39,796 nt of DNA from Archaeoglobus sp. JdFR-37 (lineage in GTDB: Archaea; Halobacteriota; Archaeoglobi; Archaeoglobales; Archaeoglobaceae): assembly GCA_002010215.1 (NCBI GenBank), contig MTMY01000039.1, positions 1-39,796 on the forward strand, written 5' to 3'. A model generated the notes under the pieces. That model was not told the DNA's origin, did not search any database, and saw only the letters and a program-made list of their open reading frames with translations. This document shows, piece by piece, positions 1-9,033 of this stretch (position 1 is its first letter; each line of letters begins with the position of its first letter). Made by a program: the position numbers and the translations under genes.

Positions 1-83
1 GAATGGCCGCAACGATTGCTGAGAGCCTGGGCAGGAAGGTTGCGAGCTTTGATGAGTACAGAAAAGCTATTGGCCTCAAGTAA
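1..83 (+). CDS. 3' end of probable beta-keto acid cleavage enzyme (BKACE/DUF849, 3-keto-5-aminohexanoate cleavage family), partial
   Basis: Frame 3 reads MAATIAESLGRKVASFDEYRKAIGLK*, matching the typical BKACE C-terminus (LGRxxAxxxExRxxLGL). TAA at 81-83, followed by a T-tract. Confidence 0.55.
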   Translation, partial: MAATIAESLGRKVASFDEYRKAIGLK

Positions 84-88
84 CCAAT

Positions 89-100
89 CTTTATTTTTTT
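89..100 (+). terminator. Oligo-T archaeal terminator candidate
   Basis: CTTTATTTTTTT directly after the stop at 83. Confidence 0.35.
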
Positions 101-114
101 GATTGCTGAATGTT

Positions 115-1878
115 ATGAATTCCTACACTGAAATGGTGTCTAAAATCATCAAGGAGAGGGTTGTTGGAAGAATTAGGGAAATAGATACTATCATTTCGGC
201 TTTAGCTTCTGAGAAGCACATTCTTTTAGAAGGTCCACCTGGAACGTCAAAAACAACGATTTTGAGGGTGATTAGAGATGTGTTAGATACACCAGTGTTT
301 TTTGTAACTGGAAATAGTGATATCACAGCAACCAAGCTAATCGGTCACTTTGACCCGCCCAAAGTGCTATCTGAAGGGTATAAAAAAGAGAATTTCATCC
401 CAGGGCCGCTCTTAGAAGCAATGGAAAAAGGAGGAATTTTGTATATTGAGGAGTTCAATAGAATACCTGAAGATGCACTCAACACCCTTATAACAGCAAT
501 GTCGGAAGGAGAGCTTGCAGTTCCCAGATTGGGGACCATCAAGGCTAAAGAAGGTTTTAGAATTGTGGCAGCAATGAATCCGTATGATGATATAGGTGTG
601 GGGAGATTGAGTAGGGCTATACTCGACAGATTTTGTTCAGTCAAACTGGATTATCAATCTAAAGATGAAGAAGTCAAAATTGTGAAGATTAGGACTAATT
701 GCTCAGACGCATGGCTTGTAGAATTTGCAGTAGAAGTTGTGGGAAGAACAAGAGAACATCCTGACTTAAAAATGGGTGCTTCAGTCAGAGGGGCAATAGA
801 CATGGTCATGTTAGCCCAGAATCTTGAACGTCTTGGCTATGTGGGGTTGGAAGCGCTAAAAAATTCCGCCGTTACCGCCTTGAGAAACAAAGTTTGGTTG
901 AGGGAAATGGCCGAGAAGGATGTGGATGAGATTATAATAGACTTGGTTCTCGAGGTCTTTTTTGAAAAAACCGGGATAAAGGCGAGAAAAGAAGGAAAAG
1001 AAGAAGGAGAGGGAAAACAAATAGAAATTGATTGGTTAGAATTAAAAAATTTAGGAATGAGGTCGAGAAGGGAACTGATTCAGGCAATCAAAAGAATTGA
1101 AGATGAGATTACCTACGCGGTTCTAGAAGGTAATAGGGATGCGATGGAAATTGCCAAGATTGCATGGGACAAGCTCAGTGATGAGGCAAGAAAAAAGATG
1201 GCACCATACTTAGCAAGAGTACTTGTAAAAAAAGCTAAAGATGTTTTTGTAAAGGGATTAAAGTGGAAAACTAAAGTCGGCGAATATACTTTCGATTCCG
1301 ATGAGATCTGTCTCGACACAACTATCGAAGAATCGGGGATCAAAATAATGACAGGTGTATTAGAATACAGTGATATCCAGGTTTTTAAAAAAGATAGAGC
1401 GAGAAAAAGCATTGTTATCATGCTTGATAAAAGTGGATCCATGATTGGTGAAAAGATCTTCCTCGCAGCAATTGTTGCAGCCTCAATTGCACTGGGTGTT
1501 AAGGATCATGAGTATGCAATACTTGCTTTCGATGAAGATGTTGAATACATCAAAAGAGTTGGGGAGACAAAAAGTGTGGATGAAATAGTTGAAAAGATTT
1601 TGTTATTGAAACCATATGGGTGTACAGATATTGCTCGTGTCCTTAAAAAGGGGTTTGAGGAACTTATGGCATCAAAAGGGAAAGACAGGGTGGGTGTAAT
1701 TCTCACAGATGGTTTGTACAATACCGGAGAGAATCCAGAGGAGGCCGCCAAGCAATTTCCAAGACTTGTGGTGCTATGTCCTCCAAAGGGTAACTTCGAT
1801 ACTTGTGAGAAACTTGCAAAGTTGGGGAGAGGAGAAGCACTTAAACTAGATGATAGGCTAGGATACATTAGTATCTGA
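115..1878 (+). CDS. MoxR-family AAA+ ATPase fused to a C-terminal von Willebrand A domain
   Basis: Walker A GPPGTSKT, Walker B LYIEEFNR, sensor AAMNP, AILDRF. vWA MIDAS DKSGS...CTD...LTDG. ATG at 115 (ORF track starts at TTG 103; ATG 133 also possible). Confidence 0.85.
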   Translation: MNSYTEMVSKIIKERVVGRIREIDTIISALASEKHILLEGPPGTSKTTILRVIRDVLDTPVFFVTGNSDITATKLIGHFDPPKVLSEGYKKENFIPGPLLEAMEKGGILYIEEFNRIPEDALNTLITAMSEGELAVPRLGTIKAKEGFRIVAAMNPYDDIGVGRLSRAILDRFCSVKLDYQSKDEEVKIVKIRTNCSDAWLVEFAVEVVGRTREHPDLKMGASVRGAIDMVMLAQNLERLGYVGLEALKNSAVTALRNKVWLREMAEKDVDEIIIDLVLEVFFEKTGIKARKEGKEEGEGKQIEIDWLELKNLGMRSRRELIQAIKRIEDEITYAVLEGNRDAMEIAKIAWDKLSDEARKKMAPYLARVLVKKAKDVFVKGLKWKTKVGEYTFDSDEICLDTTIEESGIKIMTGVLEYSDIQVFKKDRARKSIVIMLDKSGSMIGEKIFLAAIVAASIALGVKDHEYAILAFDEDVEYIKRVGETKSVDEIVEKILLLKPYGCTDIARVLKKGFEELMASKGKDRVGVILTDGLYNTGENPEEAAKQFPRLVVLCPPKGNFDTCEKLAKLGRGEALKLDDRLGYISI

Positions 1879-1957
1879 CCTGTATTTGAGCTATTTTAGG
1901 ATTTTAGGCAATCGTTGGCTGGAAGTCGATTAGAAGTGCTTTTCAGCTCTATCTTTT

Positions 1958-3073
1958 TCAGTTTGATCTTCCTCTAAATTTTGCAATATTGTTGGGAGTT
2001 AAGTTTCTTATAAGGGCTGAAATCAGTCTTATCGAATTTCTCAGATCACTGAGACAAGCAATCTCAACTGGCGTATGTCCATTTCTTCTGGGTATCAGTA
2101 TTCCAATGCTTGGGATACCTTTTCCTGCCAGATGAATTGTTGAAGAGTCGAGGAAAGTTCCCGATAAAATGTCTATCTGATATGGAATGTCTTCTTCCTT
2201 TGCTACACTAAGAATGAGATTCTTTAACCAAACTGGAGTTGTGCAACCTAATAGGGTTGGTTCATGTATGTCCATTAACCTGATACCTGGCCCATCTCCA
2301 AGCTGAATAGCAGACCATTTTGCGGTAACTCCTGGATCGATTCCATGGGTCACATCCAATGCAACTGCTAAATCTGGATTGATTACAGACGCTGCTACTT
2401 TAGCGCCACGTCCACCAACTTCCTCCATCACAGTAGCAACAGCATACATTGTAGCATCATTATTTTCATTCGATAATTCTTTCATTGTTTGGATTAAAGC
2501 TGTACAGCCCAGACGATTGTCAAGAGCTCTCCCAACAACAAAGTTATCTCTGTTTAAGGTCTGAAGCTCACCTTCAAATGTGACGGGATCGCCAGGAAGC
2601 ACTCCCATCTCCTCTGCTTCTCTTCTATTCTGTGCTCCAATGTCTATCCACATGTCTCTAAAAGAGACGGATCGTGCTAGCTCATCAGGACTCAATAGAT
2701 GTTTGGGTTTTACCCCAATAACTCCCTGTATCGACCCATTTTTTGTGTGAATTCGTACCTTACGGGCTAAAAGAATCCGATCATCCATCATACCTAGTTT
2801 TTCGAAGTAAATGAATCCATCATCAGTTATATGCTTGACAATCAAACCCACCTCATCCATATGTGCACTGAGCATAACCTTTGGCCCTTTGAGATTTGAC
2901 CCCCATTTTATTCCTATAACATTTCCCAAGGGATCTACTTTAATTTCATCAGCATATTTTTCCAGCTCACTGATCATCAAAGGCCTTATAGAGTCTTCAA
3001 AACCAGATGGAGCGTGCACATCTACAAGTTTTTTTAGAATTTCCAGCGTATCAGTTTCATTCATAATCTTCAC
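1958..3073 (-). CDS. M42 family metallo-aminopeptidase (TET/FrvX-like)
   Basis: Motifs APSGFE, SAHMDEVG, RALDNRLG, MEEVGGRGA, LDVT and HTPVE supply the dinuclear metal ligands. Confidence 0.92.
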   Translation of the reverse strand: MKIMNETDTLEILKKLVDVHAPSGFEDSIRPLMISELEKYADEIKVDPLGNVIGIKWGSNLKGPKVMLSAHMDEVGLIVKHITDDGFIYFEKLGMMDDRILLARKVRIHTKNGSIQGVIGVKPKHLLSPDELARSVSFRDMWIDIGAQNRREAEEMGVLPGDPVTFEGELQTLNRDNFVVGRALDNRLGCTALIQTMKELSNENNDATMYAVATVMEEVGGRGAKVAASVINPDLAVALDVTHGIDPGVTAKWSAIQLGDGPGIRLMDIHEPTLLGCTTPVWLKNLILSVAKEEDIPYQIDILSGTFLDSSTIHLAGKGIPSIGILIPRRNGHTPVEIACLSDLRNSIRLISALIRNLTPNNIAKFRGRSN

Positions 3074-3137
3074 CTACTTTAATTTATATTCAATATAATC
3101 TACAATATTAATTAACTATTTCATAAAATATAAAGAT

Positions 3138-4934
3138 TTAAAGTGTCCACTCAAGTCCCAGCTCCTTCAGCTTCTCCTGAGTGGGTACCCCATCTCTCCA
3201 TCCTCTGAACTCGTAGTATTCTTTAAGCTGCTTTTCAACATCCGGAACGTTTCCTTCACTTCCTCCTTCCAGAGGTTTTAGCACTATTTCTGGCAGCCTG
3301 TCAAATTCTTTTCCACGTCCAGCCTTCACGTTGTACATCCTCTTTAGGTTGTAAATTCTTTCACCTATTGTGTAAATTGTATCAGCATTGCATTCAAAGC
3401 CTGTTGCAGCGCTGAGAAGTGAGGCCATCTGAGTTGGTTTGATAGGGACAAAGGCACACATAACAAGGGCATTGAAAAGCTCCGTGAAGTTCTGCATCTT
3501 TGCAGTAATTACTCCCTTGCCTTCATTGCTGAATCTATCATCGCTCACTATACTGTATTCCTTTATCTTCAGGCCCATCTCCACGTTGTACATCTGGTGC
3601 GGTAAGTGGCAGGCTCCGCGGTTATTGACAGCGTAAGCGACGGCGAGGCTTGAGAAGGCTCTTGGATCGTGCATGGGTATTTCCAGCCCCCTGACATGAG
3701 CAGCAGCGCCTTCAACTCCGAGTCTCCTGCCTATCTCTGCCACACCCTCTGCCAGCATATCGCCATTACCTTTACGGTAAGCAATGTCTTTCAATAACTC
3801 CATTACTGCTTCGCCATCTTCCCATTTAATACCGAAGTCCTTCACACCCTTCTCTGTCAGATACATGGCAAATGCAATCGTTACTCCTGCGGAAATGGTA
3901 TCTAAACCAAGGCTGTTTGCCATCCTGTTTATCTTGACAAGCTCCTCAAGGCTTTCATTCAGCTGTAGCGATCCAAAAGAGGCGAGAGTTTCATATTCCG
4001 GTCCGTGCATCACCTCTCCTTCAAGTTCAACAACCCTACCACACTGAATCGGGCATCCGAGGCATCCATCGTTGGCAATGAGTATGCTTTCAGCCATAGC
4101 GCTGCCGGAAATCTTGCTTGCCGCATCAAAAGTTCCCTGAGTGAAGTATTTTACTGGCAAATCACCAAACATCTCTGCCGATTCAACGTAGCCTGCCGTA
4201 CCAAGTTCTTTAAACATATTAGCTGTGAAATTGTCTTTTATTCGGGCATACAGTCCTTTCAGCTCCTCTTCAAATTTTTCTGGGTTAGCAATTTCCGGGA
4301 TAAAACGATTTTCTGGATCAAAGCTAACAGTAATACCTTTTAGCTTCTTGCTGCCCATCACAGCTCCCATACCTGTTCTCCCTGCAAATCTGGAGTTGTC
4401 AACCATTACACTGGCATATTTAACGAGATTCTCACCTGCTGGCCCGATTACTGCTGTGGAGAGCCTTTTCTCTTTCAGATCAGCTTCTATTGCATCCTGA
4501 GCATCGTAGGTTGTTGCCCCCCATATGTCGCCAGCATCCACTATTTCGGCTCCATTCTCGTTGATATGAACATACACGGGCTTTTCAGAAGCGCCTTCTA
4601 TAACTAACCCATCCCAGCCAGCATATTTCAGGAAGTTTGCAAATTTCCCGCCGGCGTTGCTTTCGCCCCAGGCATGGGTTAAAGGAGATCGAGCACAGAA
4701 TTCAACTCTGGAGGTTGATGGAGCTTTTGTTCCAGTCAAAGGCCCTGTGAATATGACAAGGGGATTTCTACCGCTCAGCGGATCCACTTCGTAACTTTTA
4801 GCTTGGTAGTGTATCTTGGCAGCAAATCCACTGCCTCCAACATACAACCTACAATCCTCTTCTTTCAGAGTTTCTTCCCTCACAACTCTCTTCGAGAGGT
4901 CAATTCTAAGAAATTTTCCTGCATATGCGTACAT
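3138..4934 (-). CDS. aor: Tungsten/molybdenum aldehyde:ferredoxin oxidoreductase (AOR family)
   Basis: ARSPLT, AGRTGMGAVMGSKKLK, CLGCPIQC (4Fe-4S), GPEYE, DTIS, RGACH, and C-terminal YYEFRGW..G.PT. Confidence 0.95.
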   Translation of the reverse strand: MYAYAGKFLRIDLSKRVVREETLKEEDCRLYVGGSGFAAKIHYQAKSYEVDPLSGRNPLVIFTGPLTGTKAPSTSRVEFCARSPLTHAWGESNAGGKFANFLKYAGWDGLVIEGASEKPVYVHINENGAEIVDAGDIWGATTYDAQDAIEADLKEKRLSTAVIGPAGENLVKYASVMVDNSRFAGRTGMGAVMGSKKLKGITVSFDPENRFIPEIANPEKFEEELKGLYARIKDNFTANMFKELGTAGYVESAEMFGDLPVKYFTQGTFDAASKISGSAMAESILIANDGCLGCPIQCGRVVELEGEVMHGPEYETLASFGSLQLNESLEELVKINRMANSLGLDTISAGVTIAFAMYLTEKGVKDFGIKWEDGEAVMELLKDIAYRKGNGDMLAEGVAEIGRRLGVEGAAAHVRGLEIPMHDPRAFSSLAVAYAVNNRGACHLPHQMYNVEMGLKIKEYSIVSDDRFSNEGKGVITAKMQNFTELFNALVMCAFVPIKPTQMASLLSAATGFECNADTIYTIGERIYNLKRMYNVKAGRGKEFDRLPEIVLKPLEGGSEGNVPDVEKQLKEYYEFRGWRDGVPTQEKLKELGLEWTL

Positions 4935-4979
4935 TTAACCACCTCTGTTGAACATGGATAGAATTAAAACTCCTAAAAG

Positions 4980-6122
4980 CTAAAAGTCTACACGCCTTCC
5001 ATAAAAGGCACACTCAAATAACTTCCTGTATTCTGCCTCATCAGGGATTCTGGGGCTTGTTACCGTACTACTGTCTTCCATGGCATGCCTCACAAGTATA
5101 TCCAAATTCTCTTGAAATTCTTTCTCATTAATCAGCTCCATAGCCTTTGTAGGAAGCTTTATGGAATCCATCAGGTTAACCACTTCTGCTATGAGTCCAC
5201 GCCCATCATCAAAGCCCAGCTTTCTGGAGAGTTCCCTTACTTTACCTATTGATTCATCGCTGTTCAAGTAGTATTCCAGAACGTAGGGCAGGAAGAGACC
5301 TACAGCAATCCCATGTGGGATTTTGAAGACTGCACCAAAACTGTGACCCATAGCATGTATAACACCAACCTGTGAATTGCTGAAAGCTAGGCCAGCAATA
5401 GTTGCAGCTACATGCATCTTCTTTCTTGCCTCTTCTTCACCTTCGAAAGATTTTGCGATGTTGGCAAGTACGGTCTCTGCAGCTTTCAGCGCAAGAGGTT
5501 CTGTGAATTCATTTCCCCATGGTGAAATATATGCCTCGATAGCGTGGCAGAGCGCATCCATTCCTGATGATGCTGTAATTGAGGGTGGCATTCTTACAAC
5601 AAATCTGGCATCAACAACTGCCATATCCGGCACAGCTTCTCTGTTTGCCATCAGAAGTTTTTGTCTCCTTTTGACATCTGTTATCACCATTGCCCATGTT
5701 GTTTCGCTACCAGTCCCACTAGTAGTAGGGATAGTGATGAGCTCGGCTTTTTTCTGATACCCAAACTCCCTGAGATTGACAAATGGGGTTACCTGCTCAG
5801 GGTCAATGTCGATCTCGTAAAGAATCCTTGTGGCTTTTGCAACATCCATGACGCTTCCGCCGCCTATAGCAATGATACAGTCTGGCTGGAATTCTCTTGC
5901 CACTTCAACAGCCTTCTTTGTGGTTTCCAGACTTGGTTCGGGTTCAACTTGGTCAAATATTTCTACATTTTCGGCTTTCAAGTACTTCAGTACTTCATCG
6001 ACATACCCAAGAGTATGGAGAATTTCGTCAGTAACAATGAGAACTCTCTTATAGCCCAAATCTTCGAGGCTCTCTAAAGCGTCATCCCCAAAGACAATTT
6101 TTGGTGCAACGAACCACCACAT
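4980..6122 (-). CDS. Iron-containing (group III) alcohol dehydrogenase
   Basis: GGGSVMDVAK, PTTSGTGSE, DALCHAIE, HAMGH and HG metal ligands. Start moved to ATG 6122 (MWWFVAPK), with a GGTGG SD upstream. Confidence 0.93.
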   Translation of the reverse strand: MWWFVAPKIVFGDDALESLEDLGYKRVLIVTDEILHTLGYVDEVLKYLKAENVEIFDQVEPEPSLETTKKAVEVAREFQPDCIIAIGGGSVMDVAKATRILYEIDIDPEQVTPFVNLREFGYQKKAELITIPTTSGTGSETTWAMVITDVKRRQKLLMANREAVPDMAVVDARFVVRMPPSITASSGMDALCHAIEAYISPWGNEFTEPLALKAAETVLANIAKSFEGEEEARKKMHVAATIAGLAFSNSQVGVIHAMGHSFGAVFKIPHGIAVGLFLPYVLEYYLNSDESIGKVRELSRKLGFDDGRGLIAEVVNLMDSIKLPTKAMELINEKEFQENLDILVRHAMEDSSTVTSPRIPDEAEYRKLFECAFYGRRVDF

Positions 6123-6142
6123 AAAAACTGACCACCAGTATG

Positions 6143-6547
6143 TTATGGAAGCTCTGTAGGAACTTTCTTCACACAATCAACCAGAATCTTTGCCGCTTTG
6201 GCGTATCTCATGACCTTTGCCATATTCCCCTTGAGCTTGAACTGGCCGGTGACGAGTCCTTTTATGGGATCAATCTCTCCATTCAAGAGCTTCTTCCAGT
6301 TACTGTATTTGCCCCTGAATTCAAATGCGGCGTTGACCTTGGACGGGTCGTCAATGGCATAACCCTCCCTTGCCTTACCATGATATAAATCCAGATAGCC
6401 ATAAAGAGGCTCCTTCAGTTCCTCATCAGGTTCAATTACAAAGAGAAAATCGCCTTCCCAGTCTTTGGCAGCCTCCTCATACTCTTTGTTTTCATTTATG
6501 GCTTTCATATATTCCTTAATCCATTCATCTGAAAACAGCTTTGGCAT
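6143..6547 (-). CDS. SCP2 sterol/lipid-binding domain protein
   Basis: FSDEW...AAKDWEGD...WKKLLNGEIDPIKGLVTGQFKLKGNM. ATG 6547 with GAGGTG SD (ORF track starts at GTG 6556). Confidence 0.88.
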   Translation of the reverse strand: MPKLFSDEWIKEYMKAINENKEYEEAAKDWEGDFLFVIEPDEELKEPLYGYLDLYHGKAREGYAIDDPSKVNAAFEFRGKYSNWKKLLNGEIDPIKGLVTGQFKLKGNMAKVMRYAKAAKILVDCVKKVPTELP

Positions 6548-6556
6548 CTCTAACAC

Positions 6557-6637
6557 CTCAAATACTCTTTTACACGACCATTTTTAAACTTTACTTTGTG
6601 TCGAAAGCCCTAAATATTAATCTTACAAATTTACCCT
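6557..6637. promoter_or_regulatory. Divergent promoter region shared by the SCP2-adh-aor operon and the GRE operon
   Basis: 81-bp spacer. TAAATATT (6611-6618) lies ~20-25 nt before the GRE ATG, and TTTAAAAA on the minus strand (~6581-6588) lies before SCP2. Confidence 0.5.
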
Positions 6638-8971
6638 ATGGATAGAGTCAGTAAACTTATATCTAACGTTCAGAAACAACCACGGCTCAGCGTAGAGAGG
6701 TGTGTGCTCTACACAGAATCAATGAAAGAGACTGAAGGCGAGCCGATGCCCATCAGACAGGCAAAGGCTCTGAAACACATCCTTGAGAACATCCCCATTC
6801 AGATTCTTCCTGGCGAGATTGTTGTTGGTACCATGCTTCCAGATCCTCCGGGCGCAATCCTTTTTCCAGAAGGTGTAGGATTGAGAATAATCAACGACCT
6901 TGAAAGCCTTGCAACCAGAGAAACAAACAAACTGGTGGTTAGGGAAGAGGATGCCAGGATTCTCAGGGAGGAGATAGCACCTTACTGGCAGATCAGGAAC
7001 ATTGAAGCGTTTGCGTCGCAGTTAATGCCCGAGATAATGGAGATTCTTTATTCTGGCTCAGTCTTCGTCTTGACAGAGTTTGCTGGAATATCTCATGTGG
7101 CAGTTAATTATCCGTATCTTTTGGAAAGAGGTTTCAGATGGTTTATTGAGGAGAGCAGGAAGAGAATAGTGGAGCTTGAAGATGAAGGAGATTGGGATGT
7201 ATCTAAACTAGTGTTTTATAAGGCTGCTGAAATAGTCAGCGAAGCGATGATAAGCTACGCAAACAGGTATGCTGAGCTTGCTGAAAAGCTGGCAGACGAG
7301 GCTAAAGATGACATCAGGCGCGAAGAACTTTTGAAGATTGCAGAAATCTGCAGGAAAATTCCTGCCAATAAACCTGAAAGTTTCCATGAAGCGGTGCAGT
7401 TCGTATGGTTCATTCAATCTGCTCTTCATCAGGAGAACTACGAGCAGGGAATTTCGATGGGTAGGATAGATCAGTATTTGTTGCCATATTACTTAAAGGA
7501 CCTTAAAGAAGGTAAAATTGACAGAGACCAGGCTTTCGAGATTTTAGCCAACCTATGGGTTAAGACCAACGAGATAGTTCCACCCTTTGACTCCCTCCTA
7601 GAACTCTACTTTTCAGGACAGGCAACGAATCAGGCTCTCACAATAGGCGGAGTTGACACCAACGGCAACGATGCCACAAACGAACTCTCTTACCTCATGC
7701 TGGAAGTTACGAAGGCTGTACCCTTAAGGCAGCCTAATGTCCATGTAAGAGTGAGTTCAAAGACTCCCGATAGCTTTCTGGATGCCCTGGCGGAGCTCAT
7801 CGCTGAAGGAAAGAACAACATAGGGATCTTCAACGATGAAGCAGTTTTCAAAGCCCTCAGGTTCGCTGGAGTTGAGGAGGGCGACGCTTGGAACTACTCC
7901 ACAATAGGTTGTGTAGAAATTGCCCCATTCGGAAACGGCTTCACATCCAGCGATGCAGCTCTGATAAACGTGGCGAAGGCTCTGGAGTATGCTTTGAATG
8001 ATGGCACGGACATGATGTTTGGATACGAGTTTGGAGTTAGAGACGCAGCTGATGCAAAGCCAAAAACCCTGGAAGAAATCATTGAAGCTTTTAAGAAGCA
8101 GCTTGTCCACATAATACGGCTTGTGGTTAGAGGTTCTAACATCCTTGAGTATGCAAATGCTTGCATCAAGCCAACCCCTCTGCTATCACTCTGCATCCAA
8201 GACTGCTTTGAGAAAGGGGTAGATGTGACACTGGGAGGGGCAAAGTATAATTTTACGGGCATTCAAGCGGTGGGAATTGCTGATGTGGCTGATTCGCTAG
8301 CAGGAATAGAGCACGCCATCAAACAAGGGTACAGCCTTGATGATATTATCGAGGCTTGCAGAAACAATTTCGAAGGATACGAAGACTTGCATTCCCTCCT
8401 CCTCAACGCTCCCAAATATGGTAATGACAGCAAGGCTGATGAACATGTAAGGCTCGTTCTCGAAATGTACTGTGACGAGGTCACCAAATACAGGAATTTC
8501 AGGGGTGGGAGGTTCACGGCAGGATGTTATCCAATGACCACTAACGTTGCTTTTGGTTTCATGACCTCCGCTTTACCTTCTGGAAGACTTCAGGCCAGCG
8601 CTCTGAACAGCGGAGTATCACCCAGTACGGGAATGGATAGAGAGGGAGTTACGGCAGCTATAAAATCTGCATGTAAGCTGAATTACGAAAAGCTGTCAAA
8701 TGGAGCCTCTTTTACAGTCAATCTTGATTCAGGGATACTCGGCATTAAGGGCGGGGAGATAATAAAGGCGCTGATAAGGAGCTTCGTGGAGCTAGGTGGC
8801 ATGCATATCCAGTTCAATGTTCTGAATCAGGATTTGCTGAGAAAGGCTCAGGAGGAGCCTGAGAACTACAGGTGGCTGCTCGTGAGGGTTGCTGGGTGGA
8901 GTGCCTACTTCGTGGAGCTCTCAAGGGCTGTTCAGGACGAGCTGATCGCTAGAATTTCCTGTAAGGTATGA
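6638..8971 (+). CDS. pflD: Glycyl radical enzyme, PFL2/PflD-like (dehydratase/eliminase-type Cys loop)
   Basis: Gly loop LVRVAGWS and Cys loop IGCVE (single Cys plus Glu). 777 aa. Strongly resembles A. fulgidus PFL2/PflD as recalled. Confidence 0.93.
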   Translation: MDRVSKLISNVQKQPRLSVERCVLYTESMKETEGEPMPIRQAKALKHILENIPIQILPGEIVVGTMLPDPPGAILFPEGVGLRIINDLESLATRETNKLVVREEDARILREEIAPYWQIRNIEAFASQLMPEIMEILYSGSVFVLTEFAGISHVAVNYPYLLERGFRWFIEESRKRIVELEDEGDWDVSKLVFYKAAEIVSEAMISYANRYAELAEKLADEAKDDIRREELLKIAEICRKIPANKPESFHEAVQFVWFIQSALHQENYEQGISMGRIDQYLLPYYLKDLKEGKIDRDQAFEILANLWVKTNEIVPPFDSLLELYFSGQATNQALTIGGVDTNGNDATNELSYLMLEVTKAVPLRQPNVHVRVSSKTPDSFLDALAELIAEGKNNIGIFNDEAVFKALRFAGVEEGDAWNYSTIGCVEIAPFGNGFTSSDAALINVAKALEYALNDGTDMMFGYEFGVRDAADAKPKTLEEIIEAFKKQLVHIIRLVVRGSNILEYANACIKPTPLLSLCIQDCFEKGVDVTLGGAKYNFTGIQAVGIADVADSLAGIEHAIKQGYSLDDIIEACRNNFEGYEDLHSLLLNAPKYGNDSKADEHVRLVLEMYCDEVTKYRNFRGGRFTAGCYPMTTNVAFGFMTSALPSGRLQASALNSGVSPSTGMDREGVTAAIKSACKLNYEKLSNGASFTVNLDSGILGIKGGEIIKALIRSFVELGGMHIQFNVLNQDLLRKAQEEPENYRWLLVRVAGWSAYFVELSRAVQDELIARISCKV

Positions 8972-9033
8972 GGGAATTTTGGAAGATGAGAGAATTGAGA
9001 AAGAAAAATAAGAGAAAGAGAGTAAAATCATGA
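8968..9033 (+). CDS. Possible 21-aa basic bridging ORF (MREFWKMRELRKKNKRKRVKS)
   Basis: ATG overlaps the GRE stop (ATGA) and TGA overlaps the activase ATG (ATGA). Confidence 0.25.
   Translation: MREFWKMRELRKKNKRKRVKS

Noticed and set aside
6638..8971. Calling the GRE a true pyruvate formate-lyase or an alkylsuccinate synthase
   Set aside because: It lacks the Cys-Cys pair of PFL, and has GCVE with no adjacent small subunits of fumarate-adding enzymes. Function is left open.
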